Shown: one piece after another, positions 1 to 12,700 of the stretch
How positions within the stretch are numbered: position 1 is the first letter of the stretch
Layout: each line of letters begins with the position of its first letter
Origin: Eledone cirrhosa
Lineage: Eukaryota
Length of the DNA: 64,000 nucleotides
Assembly (NCBI GenBank): GCA_964016885.1
Contig: OZ024740.1
Coordinates: forward strand, 45,570,001 to 45,634,000
Direction of reading: 5' to 3'
The notes under the pieces: model-generated
The model's database searches: none
The model's input: only the letters and a program-made list of their open reading frames with translations
Told to the model about the DNA's origin: nothing
Program-made: the position numbers and the translations under genes

Positions 1-264
1 CCAATTGAAGAATAAATTGAATTTAGAATAACAAATTTCTATACAACATATTTTTCTTTTTTATTCTAATATATGAGGAACAATTTCATTTCCGGGCAAT
101 GCCTTTGCTAGTAATATGATACCATATTTGTAATCAACTATATAAATTACAACAATAAACACTTAAACCCTTTTGTTACCATGTTTTTAATGAAAGACAC
201 CGCCCTTGAATTTCAATTCATTTTTTAAAATAAAGAAGAATTTGGATGAATTTAGTGATATAAC

Positions 265-720
265 TTTAGGAGATTAGTATCGGTGTACATATAACATAAA
301 AAAGACAGTAAATACCGGTGTGTGTGTTATAATAATGTTTTTACTTCATGGAAGTCAAAGGTATTAAATATTAAGGATTTGTTACCCGATGGTCATAACT
401 CGAGGCTGAAGTTGGTAGAGAAAAGAAGAGATCTTTTCTAGCTGGTATTGACATCTTAGGCTCTCAGGCTGCAAGTTGCATTGTTCTTGGTCGCGAAGGA
501 TTACCAAGAAGGAATCATCACAAGCTAAGGTCGCAGGTGTTACCACTTCGGAAATCGGGAAGCAAGAGAGAGATATCGTGGTAACCTGCTCCTTTTATAG
601 GAGTTGACCGGAAGTGACCAACAGGGAGTCTGTCAATCCCAAAGGGAAGCAACTCCAGCTACTTCCTGTCTAGAGAGCGGTGATGAGATTGACATGACAA
701 GGGAGGCAACTCTTGCTACA
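265..720 (-). repeat. 3' LTR (element orientation TGTAGC...CCTAAA)
   Basis: Direct repeat of 5443-5898. Preceded on the minus strand by the purine tract GGCGGGGGATAA (721-732). Confidence 0.95.
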
Positions 721-1329
721 TTATCCCCCGCCAGATTTTTAAAACATAAAAATCGAAAGAAGCATGCATGGAGTAAGATGGCGAGCATGTAAGAGGCATG
801 AAAATTATGGTACAAAGTAATAAAAGTACGAGAAGAGGTCAAAAGTTCAAATATCTAAAATACAGTTCACATGTGTGCAATCACATGACAGCAGTAAAGA
901 ATGTGTTCCAGAGAATGAATGCAGGTGGTTTCTGGTCTGTGGTATAACATGAAATTTCCAACTTCCGAAGGGAATTTCTCACAGGCAGAGTGCTGCAGAA
1001 ATAAATTGTCTGGCTTGTTCTGCTGGTTTTAGTTGTTGATGAAGCTGTGTTGTTGTTGATGATGTTGTGAATGCGTTGACCTGGAAGGGTCAAGAGGCCA
1101 GCGACCAGAGAAATAAGCATTCTTAATAAATGCGCGGTTTTCAACGGCAAATTTATGTGGTAAATTTATAAACCGGCAAATAGAAGAATATAGCTTAAAA
1201 TGTTCGTTGTAAAGGAAACGAAAAACATATATATACATCCAGTGAAATGGTAATGAGAGGTACATTGTAATACAATAAATCAATAAATAACAAGAACAGT
1301 AAAAAAAAAATATAAGGCCAATGGCCAGT

Positions 1330-4077
1330 TCACATAAAAATAGTTTGGCAGAACTTTTTGGGCCAGTGGACTCTCCGACCGGAACGGGTCGTAGTCTTGT
1401 ATGTAGGTGAAGGTGGGGCAGAAGGAGCAGGTGTATGCACAAGAGAGAAAGATTGGGGTATTTGTGGCTCGGGTGTATGAGCGTCATTGTGTGCCCTTTT
1501 CAGTCTATCCACCGAAATTGTCTCTCTGGACCCCTTAACGTCTACAGTGAAATGTTTGTCAGTGCGTGCTAACACACGGTAGGGTCCAGAGTATGGTTGT
1601 GTGAGGGGTGGTCTCACAGCATCGTTCCTTACGAACACATGGGTCCACGAGATGAGATGGGACTCGAATTGTCTACCACGGTCTGTGGTGAGTGTAGTTG
1701 GTACCCCAAAGCGGGTAATCCACCCTGATACCAGGGCACGTGCTACAGTCTCAGCAGTCATGTCTTGTAAAGGGATGGCTTCAGGCCATCGCGAAAAACG
1801 ATCGACACACATCAATATGTAAGAATATCCACTGCTGAATGGCCAAGGTCCAACGATGTCAATGTGGATGTGTTGAAACCGAGCATCTGGAGTACTGAAA
1901 GTACCAAGTGGAGTCCGGATGTGTCTATGGATCTTCGATTTCTGGCAAGCGATACAGGAACGGCACCAAGCAGCAATGTCGCGCCTCATATTTGGCCAGA
2001 AGAATCTGGCTGTTATGAGTTTAACTGTGGCAGCAGATCCTGGATGAGAAATGTTGTGCAAAGCCAGGAACACAATTCGACGGTGAGTCTCAGGAACAAG
2101 TGGCCGTGGTGCATCAGTGGATACATCACATAGAATCTGCCTGTCCATGGTGGACAAGGGCAGATATTTGAAAATGCAAGTCGCAAATTCAGTAGAAAGA
2201 GTGTCCAACGATTGGAGTGCAAGTTGGTCTGCAGCTAAACGACCTAAGTTGATCTCCTGGGATGATGAGATGGAGCTAATTGGCAAACGTGATAATGCGT
2301 CTGCAACTATGTTGTGCGAGCCGGCAATGTGCTGGATATCGTTTGTAAATTGTGAAACGTAGTCCAGGTGCCTTGTCTCTCTGGGCGAATATCTGTCGGC
2401 TTTGGCCCTCAAAGCGAAGGTCAACGGCTTGTGGTCGGTAAAAACCGTAAAATTTCTCCCCTCAAGAATATGAGAGAAATGTTTCACCGACAAATATATG
2501 GCTAATAACTCCCGCCCAAATGTGCTATAACGCGTTTCTGCTGGTTTCAACTTCCTCGAGAAAAATGCCAAAGGTTGTTGGTTTTCAGCGTAAGACTGCT
2601 GTAAAACTGCTCCCACAGCGGTATCAGATGCATCAACACAAAGCGAAAGCTTGGCCTCTGGTACCGGGTGGGCTAGCAAAGAAGAACCAGTGAGTGCTGT
2701 CTTGGCAGACTGGAAGTCCTGAAGCTGTCCTTGTGTCAAGGAAATGTCTTCATTCTTTTTACAACGATTTTTTAAAATGTCAGTAAGGGAAGATAGCCAA
2801 TTAGCACAATGAGGAATGAAACGCCTATAGAAATTGATTAGGCCTAAGAAGTGACGCAACAAGTGAAGTGTAGTAGGCGGAGGTAACTCTTGTATGGCTT
2901 GAACTCGCTGAGGGAGCGGCCTAATACCTTCGGCGTCGATGAGGTGGCCTAAAAAATGTAGGGAAGTGGAACCGAAAACACACTTTGCAGGATTCACGCG
3001 AACGCGGTAATCCTGAAGTCGCCGAAATAAGAGAAGCATGTGGCGTATATGCTCTTCTGGAGAGGAACTAGCGACGAGAATATCGTCTATGTAAGCATAA
3101 ACGAAGTCCAGACCACGCGTGACCTCGTCTATGAACCGCTGAAAAGTGCTAGTGGCGTTCCTGAGTCCAAAAGGCATGGGAAAAAATTCAAATGGAGCGA
3201 AAGGGGTTGTAATCGCCGTTTTCGGAATATCCTCCTTCCTGACCGGAATTTGGTGGTAGGCTCGCACTAAATCTAACTTAGAAAAAATCTTACACCCCTG
3301 CAGTGAAGATGCAAAATCGTGGAGATGGGGAATGGGATACCTATCCGGGACGGTCATGGCATTTAACCTCCTATAATCCCCAGTGGGTCTCCAGTCGCCG
3401 GAAGTCTTGGGCACCATGTGTAACGGTGAAGCCCAAGGACTCGTAGATGGGCGAATAATGCCCAGCTGCAGCATATGGTCAAACTCGGACCGTGCTGCCT
3501 TTAATTTTTCCGTCAGTAAGCGGCGTGGACGCGAAAACACTAGGGCACCAGTGGTGGAAACGAAATGTTCGGTCGAGTGTGTTGGGTCAGTGACTCGAAA
3601 ATTTCCATCCGTGAGCTCCGGGAAAGAACCCAGCAACGAATGGTAGGCGTCTCCAGCAGCAACAACAAAGAACATGGGGCTGACTATCGGAGCATTGGCT
3701 TCCTGGCCATGAATTGAAAAGCCGGTGATGTTATGCACCAGGTGTTGGCCACGGACGTCCACAGTTAAAGAGAAGTTGTGGAGGAAATCCGCTCCTAAGA
3801 TGGGATATGGCAAATCGGCAACCGTAAAAATCCACTTAAAATCCCTTCGAAGATTTAGGAATTTAAGAGGGAGTGAGATTTGCCCGTACGTCTTTATAGA
3901 CGAGTGGTTAACTGCCTGCAGCGTAACAGATGATTCTATGGGGGTATCTTTCAGGCAATGGACCGGCCAAATGCTACAGGAGGCTCCTGTATCCACGAGG
4001 AAACCTCTTCCGGACATTAGGTCCTTAATGAAGAAATGGCGGTTTGGTGGCTTTATGTTGAGGTCAACTGTCCCCAT
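1330..4077 (-). CDS. pol: pol polyprotein (aspartic protease, RT, RNase H, integrase with internal deletion)
   Basis: Protease FLVDTGA; RT YIDDIL; RNase H DAS...TDH; HHCC zinc finger; integrase HIDIVG...TDRG; GPY motif. The region carrying the catalytic E of DD35E is absent ([14 protein letters not shown]). Confidence 0.93.
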   Translation of the reverse strand: MGTVDLNIKPPNRHFFIKDLMSGRGFLVDTGASCSIWPVHCLKDTPIESSVTLQAVNHSSIKTYGQISLPLKFLNLRRDFKWIFTVADLPYPILGADFLHNFSLTVDVRGQHLVHNITGFSIHGQEANAPIVSPMFFVVAAGDAYHSLLGSFPELTDGNFRVTDPTHSTEHFVSTTGALVFSRPRRLLTEKLKAARSEFDHMLQLGIIRPSTSPWASPLHMVPKTSGDWRPTGDYRRLNAMTVPDRYPIPHLHDFASSLQGCKIFSKLDLVRAYHQIPVRKEDIPKTAITTPFAPFEFFPMPFGLRNATSTFQRFIDEVTRGLDFVYAYIDDILVASSSPEEHIRHMLLLFRRLQDYRVRVNPAKCVFGSTSLHFLGHLIDAEGIRPLPQRVQAIQELPPPTTLHLLRHFLGLINFYRRFIPHCANWLSSLTDILKNRCKKNEDISLTQGQLQDFQSAKTALTGSSLLAHPVPEAKLSLCVDASDTAVGAVLQQSYAENQQPLAFFSRKLKPAETRYSTFGRELLAIYLSVKHFSHILEGRNFTVFTDHKPLTFALRAKADRYSPRETRHLDYVSQFTNDIQHIAGSHNIVADALSRLPISSISSSQEINLGRLAADQLALQSLDTLSTEFATCIFKYLPLSTMDRQILCDVSTDAPRPLVPETHRRIVFLALHNISHPGSAATVKLITARFFWPNMRRDIAAWCRSCIACQKSKIHRHIRTPLGTFSTPDARFQHIHIDIVGPWPFSSGYSYILMCVDRFSRWPEAIPLQDMTAETVARALVSGWITRFGVPTTLTTDRGRQFESHLISWTHVFVRNDAVRPPLTQPYSGPYRVLARTDKHFTVDVKGSRETISVDRLKRAHNDAHTPEPQIPQSFSLVHTPAPSAPPSPTYKTTTRSGRRVHWPKKFCQTIFM

Positions 4078-4088
4078 CAGAGGACCTC

Positions 4089-4875
4089 TTAGGCGTTTCC
4101 CGCCTTATGAAAGGAGCAAGGTTGCACGCAGCGATTCGCGTTCTCAGCAAATCGCTCGTGGTACCAGCATAGAGATGAAGCTGGTGATTTAGAACGCCGT
4201 CTAAAACTTTGCGATCTCCCGCGACTGCGGGGGCGCGAACAGCCACCACACAATGCCTTCATCTTGTGGAGCTCTATGGTGAGCTCCTGAATGGACCTCT
4301 GCATCGCTATAATGGTCGAGCTGTCTGTTGGCGCTGCCACGTAGATCGCATGGCCGTGTGTGGCCCGAGCTGGGTGGTGAACAGCGGCAAGGGGGTAGCT
4401 GCCTCCGGCATTCGTCACCTCAAAAACTTTGTCCGCAGATGCGGCAAGCTGATCCACCGTGCTTGTATCCCTCATGGGGGCCAAAATTGCCTGTACGTTG
4501 GTCGGCAGGCGCGAGAAGAACAACTGCTTCAGTTTCCGCTGCAGACCCCTCCGTTAGGTCCTTCATTCGCCTAAAGAGGTTCGATGGGGTGCCATCCCCT
4601 ATATGCTCCAGATGGACCAGAGCCCTAAATCTTTTTTCTGAAGACTATTCTGTCCGGCTGAGTATTTCAGCCTTCAGAGACGTGTACGACGAGTCTGTGT
4701 TTGCCTCTAACACGAGGTCCTTAACCGCTGGGAGAATTGCCGGCGGAATTGCGCTAAGGACCACAGAATGTTGTAGTTCCTCGTCAACTCTGTTCGCCCT
4801 GAAGAATGCTTCTAACTCTGAAAACCATAGCCTCACGTCGCCCGTGTACGTTGGCAGAACAGAGTGGGAAGCCAT
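4089..4875 (-). pseudogene. gag: gag of the Gypsy element, disrupted
   Basis: ORF pieces 4875-4645 (..DVRLWFSELEAFF..) and 4523-4089 (..FSRLPTNVQAIL..CWYH..C..PC). Premature TAG at 4647-4645, and the two pieces are in different frames. Confidence 0.85.
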
Positions 4876-5420
4876 TGGTATACCGCAGGCAATCTACCGT
4901 TTGGAAAAATGTCTCTAACGTAACAGAAAAGGAAAACAAAATTTTTCCGTCAGACCACTGGACCAGAAAAATAATGCATCCGGGACAATATGCAAACAAG
5001 CGATTAAGTGAATGCTGTTATACTAAGGTAAGGGCAAGGAACCTAAAAAAAAAAAAATCCAACATGGCGGACTATTTCGCGCCAAAAACACTATTGATGG
5101 AGAAGAGAGACTCCATCTTGTCATCCTCAAAAATGTTTAGCCAGAGAAGAGAAGAGCAGAAAAGGAGAGGAAAAAAAAAGGTAAAAACATTTATACAATT
5201 GCTGTTTGTCTGTATGTCAATAATTGTAGGTGTTCGTTTTGTATTGGTAACAAATCCTTAATATTTAATACCTTTGACTTCCATGAAGTAAAAACATTAT
5301 TATAACACAACACACCGGTATTTACTGTCTTTTTTTTCTGTCTTTCTTTTCTGTCTTTCTTTTTTTCTTCTTTATATTATATACACCGTATACCATTTCC
5401 CATTCTTTTTTTTTTTTTTA

Positions 5421-5441
5421 AAATCACGTCGGGGGTCACCA
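5421..5441 (-). promoter_or_regulatory. Primer-binding site complementary to the tRNA-Trp 3' end
   Basis: Plus strand aaatcacgtcgggggtcacca matches the eukaryotic tRNA-Trp 3' end (AAATCACGTCGGGGTCACCA) with one extra G. Confidence 0.88.
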
Positions 5442-5442
5442 C

Positions 5443-5898
5443 TTTAGGAGATTAGTATCGGTGTACATATAACATAAAAAAGACAGTAAATACCGGTGTG
5501 TGTGTTATAATAATGTTTTTACTTCATGGAAGTCAAAGGTATTAAATATTAAGGATTTGTTACCCGATGGTCATAACTCGAGGCTGAAGTTGGTAGAGAA
5601 AAGAAGAGATCTTTTCTAGCTGGTATTGACATCTTAGGCTCTCAGGCTGCAAGTTGCATTGTTCTTGGTCGCGAAGGATTATCAAGAAGGAATCATCACA
5701 AGCTAAGGTCGCAGGTGTTACCACTTCGGAAATCGGGAAGCAAGAGAGAGATATCGTGGTAACCTGCTCCTTTTATAGGAGTTGACCGGAAGTGACCAAC
5801 AGGGAGTCTGTCAATCCCAAAGGGAAGCAACTCCAGCTACTTCCTGTCTAGAGAGCAGTGATGAGATTGACATGACAAGGGAGGCAACTCTTGCTACA
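5443..5898 (-). repeat. 5' LTR
   Basis: Direct repeat of 265-720, followed on the minus strand by the PBS. Confidence 0.95.
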
Positions 5899-6054
5899 TA
5901 ACTAACTTTTTCATTTTTCATTTGGCGTTTGGAATATAACTTAACAAAGGTTCTTACATCATCATCATCCTCATTTTACGTCCGCTTTTCCCTGCTTGCA
6001 AGGGTGGGACGATAAAATTGTAATAGAAAGTTCTTTGATAAATCTACCCCATAT

Positions 6055-6975
6055 AATCTCTGGGAGGGCTCTGTAGAAACAGTAGACAGCTTCTGCTACC
6101 TAGGTGACCGAATTAGCAGCGGAGGTGGGTGCTCAGAAAGTACAATAACTAGGGTAAGAACAGGATGGAAGAAGTTTAGGGAACTACTACCACTGCAAGC
6201 TGCAAAAGGCTTCTCCCTCAAAATGAAAGGCAGACTGTATGATGCGTGTATCCGAACAGCGATGTTGCATGGTAGTGAGACCTGGGCGCTGAAGGTAGAA
6301 GACTTACGTAGATTGGAGAGAAACGAAGTCTGCATGCTCCGATGGATGTGTAATAGTAATATACGCGACCGACAAAGCATAAATGAATTGAGAGAGAGAC
6401 TGAGCATAAGAGGAATCAAATGCTGTGTGCAGGAGAGGTGGTTGCGTTGGTATGGACATATGATGCGTATGAAGGATGACAGCTGCATAAAAAGGTGCAG
6501 AGCACTAGAAGTCGATGGAAACTGCCGAGTGGGGAGACGCAAGATGACCTGGGATGAGGTGATAAAAGCCGACCTTACCCAATTACACCTCTCAAAGGCG
6601 ATGACACACGAACATGACCTCTGGCGTCACGCAGTAATACAAAGTACCCGACCTCCCATGGCTACAAGCTGAAGCATATAGACAATATGCCCCCACACCC
6701 CCCACTGCAAGGTGGTCGTGGAGGTGCCACGGCAAAAAAGCACCCAGCCCACACTGTAAAGTGGACGTGTAGGCGCCACGAAAAAGTACCCAGCACTCAC
6801 TGTAAATGAAGTTGGTGTTAGGAAGGGCATCCAGCTGTAGAAACCAAGCCAAATCAGTTCCTGTATGAGCAAGGCATGGTCAGCCGACCAGACACTGCTC
6901 ACAACAGGACAACCCGTCTAACCCATGCTAGCGTGGAAGAACGGACGTAAAACGGTGATGATGATGATGATAATG
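6055..6975 (+). mobile_element. 5'-truncated RTE-clade LINE (C-terminal coding region, 3' UTR, (GAT)n tail)
   Basis: Near-identical to 32440-32610 and 32610-32712. ORF 6223-6672 has the RTE C-terminal motifs MLHGSETW and RWLRWYGHM. Confidence 0.9.
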
Positions 6976-7509
6976 ATCTGGTGCTATAACAAAAAAGCAC
7001 ACATCATGCCTGTAAGACGGTCATGTTAGAAACATGAAAAAGCACCCAGTCAACCCTGTGAGGTCATCGTGCTGGTGACTTGGCAAAAATTACCCAGTCT
7101 ACCATGTTAGATAGTCGTTTTGGTACCACAGTACCCAGTCCAGACTAGTTGGCATTAAAAAGGGCACCTTGCCATAAAAACCAAGCCAAAATACAGATCT
7201 CTATGAGCAAGATATGGTCACCTGACCCAAATTATCTCATAACGTGACAACCTGTCAACTCATGCAAGTATGGAAAAATAGATTCTAAACGAAAATGATG
7301 TTGATAAACTCTTTAAAACAATTTTGTATTGTAAATCCAAGGTCAGTTAACTTGTTATAAATACAAGCTTAATAATGAGAAAGTCAGTTATATCATTAAA
7401 TTTGCCCAAATTCTTCATTATTTGCCAACTTAATTGAAATTTATAAGCAGTGTTTTTCATTAAAGATGTGGTAATGAAAGGGTTAATGAAATATTGAAAA
7501 ATCTCTGAC

Positions 7510-7592
7510 CTGTATTTCTCAGGGTACTCTCCATGACCTTTCAGTATACGGTAAAGTCGATCTTTATCAATACTTTCTTCCAATTCCTTGTC
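7510..7592 (-). CDS. TBC1D31: TBC1D31/WDR67 coding exon 9 (DKELEESIDKDRLYRILKGHGEYPEKYR), start of the TBC domain; gene continues left of the window
   Basis: cag|...AG|gtcag, phase 0 to 2. Matches the recalled vertebrate sequence LNKKRLQILLKGYGEYPTKYR. Confidence 0.9.
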
Positions 7593-8605
7593 CTGTAGTA
7601 GAAAGAAGAACAAAATACATGAGAACACAGTCCAAGTTTTACTGGTAGAACTAGAAACCATATATGATAGGACTGCAGCACCTATCATTAAAACACACAA
7701 GAAAGGTGCAATTTTATATGAGGTTGGTTAAACCTACATAGGTATGAGCCACAAGAACTAGAACCAAATTCATTTCTGACTTCTGTTTATTTCATAGCTT
7801 CTATTTCCTCATATTTAGACCTGTGGTTATTCAAATTTTTGCATGTGTATGTATAATATATATATATATAATTGTCAAGGCATGTGTTTTAGTGGTTGGA
7901 GAGTTGGATTCACAATTTAATTGGAATTATTGTCTTCCTTGATAAGCCATGCACCTCATTTACATACATTACATTTTAGGCATGGTTTCTGCAGCCAAAA
8001 CTTCCTATCACTAACCATTTTACAGTGTGCACTGGGTATATATTTATTAAAATATATAAATCATTGTCATTTAACATCTGTTTTCTTGGCTAACAATGCT
8101 GGACAGGTCATCACAGATAGAGTCAGTACTAAAATGGAGCTACTGACCTCTCAGATGGGCATCTTGCTTCTACCGAGTATTCAGATGAGCTGGGGACCCA
8201 CTTCTCACATATATTCCCATGCTCTACCAAGTGAATTTTATCATGTAGATCACCAATACTAGGGAGGTTGTCATTTATTTGAAAGAGCTGAAGAGTCCTC
8301 CCAACCCTTTGTTTGGCAGGTTTTCTATGGCTGGATGTGCTTCCTATCACCAACCATTTTACAGAATGTATTAGGTGCATCTTATCATGGCACCAACACT
8401 TGGAAGGTTGTTATGTCTTTGACACAGCTGAAGAGTCTCCACAACCCTTTGGTTGGCAGGTTTTTTATGGTTGGATACCCTTCCTATCACCAACCACTGA
8501 GTGTGTTTTATGATGTAGATCATCAACATCATAAACATTAATAAAATAAAATAAAATAAATATTTCCAGAATTTCTCTTATAGTTAAGTATATTTCTTAA
8601 CTTAC

Positions 8606-8710
8606 CTCTGAAGAATCGGTAGACAGCTTGTCTTTACTTTTACAACTACTCTTCATGGATTCCTCAAAAGACTTTGATTTTCTGACAGCTTTTACCACAG
8701 GTGGAGGAGG
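8606..8710 (-). CDS. TBC1D31: TBC1D31 coding exon 8 (PPPPVVKAVRKSKSFEESMKSSCKSKDKLSTDSSE)
   Basis: tag|CCT...GAG|gtaag, 105 nt, open, phase 0/0. Matches the recalled PPPPLVKV. Confidence 0.85.
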
Positions 8711-9046
8711 CTAGAAATGGGAGTTCAAAATTGTTATAATTAGCAGTAAAGTAAATATAAATATATAGTAATTAACCAAACAATGAATAAAAAATGATAG
8801 AATTCCTAAATCGAAATGAACCCTTTTGATATCAAGTTGTCTGAAACCCTGCCCTGGTTCTCTGACAAACTCATCACTATCATCATTTTTATGTCCACTT
8901 TCCATGCTGGCATGGGTTGGATAGGTTATCATGGTTCAAGACCAACCTCATCTCGCTCATATGCTCCATATTTAGCATGATTTCTATGACTGGATGTCAT
9001 TCCTAATGCCAACCATTTTACAGTGTGTACTGGGTTCATTTTTATG

Positions 9047-9174
9047 TTGACATGCCCAAATCAGATGTTTGTACCATGATAAAATGCACCTAGTCCACCC
9101 TGTAAATGGGCACATTTACAGGGTGGACTGGGTGCATTTTATCATGGTACAAACATCTGATTTGGGCATGTCAA
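9047..9174. repeat. Near-perfect palindrome, 62-bp arms, 4-nt loop
   Basis: ttgacatgccc...ctgtaaatg / ggca / catttacag...gggcatgtcaa, with one mismatch. Confidence 0.92.
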
Positions 9175-9783
9175 TATTTCAGACCTCATATGGAAGCAGT
9201 CATTGATGCTAATGGTGGATTCATTGAATGCATGTGTCAAGAAGACTCTCAAGATTATTCATGCTAATTTTTTCTCAAATAAACCTCTTCTTTCATGACC
9301 TATGTCTTTTACTAAATTCATGCAAGTGTCCTCAAAGAACTAAACAACCCTGTATGATAGAAACATTTACTATTATTTCACACATGTTGATGTATGAGCT
9401 TTTGGTTAAGAAGTTTGCTTCCCAATCATGTGGTGCCATTGAAAGAACTTTTAAGCAAGTGTTTCTACTACAGCCTCAGACCAAACCATACCTTGTGGGT
9501 GAAATTGGGTATTCAGAAAGTTTGTGGAAGCCCATTGAATGGACAGTATTTGTAAACTGATAGGCTCAGCTTTGCCACACAGTCACACTCATTCTGTCTG
9601 AGTTATTACCTTAAAGGTACAAGAGAATGTGGAATATTCAGCCACTAACAATATACAGAGTGCACTGGGTACATTTTATAGTAGCACCAGCATTAAATGA
9701 AAAGGATACATTGAACAATGTAGTCCTTGATAGACAAAGTTTGGATGGTCATTGCTGGAATGTCTGTGGTCATAGGGTTAAAT

Positions 9784-12700
9784 AACAACTCCAAACACTG
9801 TATGTTGAACAACAACAACAAACACTGTATGTTGAACAACAACAACAAACACTGTATGTTAAACAACAACAACAAACACTGTATGTTGAACAACAACAAC
9901 AAACACTGTATGTTGAACAACAATAACAAACACTGTATGTTGAACAACAACAACAAACACTGTATGTTAAACAACAACAACAAACACTGTATGTTGAACA
10001 ACAACAACAAACACTGTATGTTAAACAACAACAACAAACACTGTATGTTAAACAACAACAACAAACACTGTATGTTGAACAACAACAACAAACACTGTAT
10101 GTTGAACAACAATAACAAACACTGTATGTTGAACAACAACAACAAACACTGTATGTTAAACAACAACAACAAACACTGTATGTTGAACAACAACAACAAA
10201 CACTGTATGTTAAATAACAACAAAAAACACTATGTTGAACAACAATAACAAACACTGTATGTTGAACAACAACAACAAACACTGTATGTTGAACAACAAC
10301 AACAAACACTGTATGTTGAACAACAACAAAACAAACACTGTATGTTGAACAACAACAACAAACACTGTATGTTAAACAACAACAACAAACACTGTATGTT
10401 AAACAACAAACACTGTATGTTGAACAACAACAACAAACACTGTATGTTAAACAACAACAACAAACACTATGTTGAACAACAACAACAAACACTGTATGTT
10501 AAACAACAACAACAAACACTGTATGTTAAACAACAACAACAAACACTGTATGTTGAACAACAACAACAAACACTGTATGTTGAACAACAACAACAAACAC
10601 TGTATGTTGAACAACAACAACAAACACTATGTTGAACAACAACAACAAACACTGTATGTTGAACAACAACAAACACTGTATGTTAAACAACAACAACAAA
10701 CACTGTATGTTGAACAACAACAACAAACACTGTATGTTAAACAACAACAACAAACACTGTATGTTAAACAACAACAAACACTGTATGTTGAACAACAACA
10801 ACAAACACTGTATGTTGAACAACAACAACAAACACTGTATGTTGAACAACAACAACAAACACTGTATGTTGAACAACAACAACAAACACTGTATGTTAAA
10901 CAACAACAACAAACACTGTATGTTGAACAACAACAACAAACACTGTATGTTGAACAACAACAACAAACACTGTATGTTAAACAACAACAACAAACACTGT
11001 ATGTTGAACAACAACAACAAACACTGTATGTTAAACAACAACAACAAACACTGTATGTTGAACAACAACAACAAACACTGTATGTTGAACAACAACAACA
11101 AACACTGTATGTTAAACAACAACAACAAACACTGTATGTTGAACAACAACAACAAACACTGTATGTTAAACAACAACAACAAACACTGTATGTTGAACAA
11201 CAACAACAAACACTGTATGTTGAACAACAACAACAAACACTGTATGTTGAACAGCAACAAACACTGTATGTTGAACAACAACAACAAACACTGTATGTTG
11301 AACAACAACAACAAACACTGTATGTTGAACAACAACAACAAACACTGTATGTTAAACAACAACAACAAACACTGTATGTTGAACAACAACAACAAACACT
11401 GCATGTTGAACAACAACAGCAAACACTGTATGTTAAACAACAACAACAAACACTGTATGTTGAACAACAACAACAAACACTGTATGTTAAACAACAACAA
11501 CAAACACTGTATGTTAAACAACAACAACAAACACTGTATGTTGAACAACAACAACAAACACTGTATGTTGAACAACAATAACAAACACTGTATGTTGAAC
11601 AACAACAACAAACACTGTATGTTAAACAACAACAACAAACACTGTATGTTGAACAACAACAACAAACACTGTATGTTAAATAACAACAAAAAACACTATG
11701 TTGAACAACAATAACAAACACTGTATGTTGAACAACAACAACAAACACTGTATGTTGAACAACAACAACAAACACTGTATGTTGAACAACAACAAAACAA
11801 ACACTGTATGTTGAACAACAACAACAAACACTGTATGTTAAACAACAACAACAAACACTGTATGTTAAACAACAAACACTGTATGTTGAACAACAACAAC
11901 AAACACTGTATGTTAAACAACAACAACAAACACTATGTTGAACAACAACAACAAACACTGTATGTTAAACAACAACAACAAACACTGTATGTTAAACAAC
12001 AACAACAAACACTGTATGTTGAACAACAACAACAAACACTGTATGTTGAACAACAACAACAAACACTGTATGTTGAACAACAACAACAAACACTATGTTG
12101 AACAACAACAACAAACACTGTATGTTGAACAACAACAAACACTGTATGTTAAACAACAACAACAAACACTGTATGTTGAACAACAACAACAAACACTGTA
12201 TGTTAAACAACAACAACAAACACTGTATGTTAAACAACAACAAACACTGTATGTTGAACAACAACAACAAACACTGTATGTTGAACAACAACAACAAACA
12301 CTGTATGTTGAACAACAACAACAAACACTGTATGTTGAACAACAACAACAAACACTGTATGTTAAACAACAACAACAAACACTGTATGTTGAACAACAAC
12401 AACAAACACTGTATGTTGAACAACAACAACAAACACTGTATGTTAAACAACAACAACAAACACTGTATGTTGAACAACAACAACAAACACTGTATGTTAA
12501 ACAACAACAACAAACACTGTATGTTGAACAACAACAACAAACACTGTATGTTGAACAACAACAACAAACACTGTATGTTGAACAGCAACAAACACTGTAT
12601 GTTGAACAACAACAACAAACACTGTATGTTGAACAACAACAACAAACACTGTATGTTGAACAACAACAACAAACACTGTATGTTAAACAACAACAACAAA

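Larger units (their letters stand above)
265..5898 (-). mobile_element. Ty3/Gypsy LTR retrotransposon, CsRn1/Kabuki-like, full span but coding-defective, inside a TBC1D31 intron
   Basis: Two 456-bp LTRs (265-720, 5443-5898) with only 2 differences that I could see. TAAC flanks both ends (261-264, 5899-5902); a 5-bp TAACT reading is also possible. PBS and PPT present. Domain order gag, PR, RT, RH, IN. Gag has a C-x2-H-x9-C-x3-C motif (CWYHERFAENANRCVQPC). Confidence 0.95.

Noticed and set aside
733-1329. env-like or extra ORF in the Gypsy 3' region
   Set aside because: Only short ORFs with no recognisable motifs.
7735-7820. Extra TBC1D31 exon between exons 8 and 9
   Set aside because: The candidate AG...GT segment has stops in all three frames, and exons 8 and 9 already join in phase 0.
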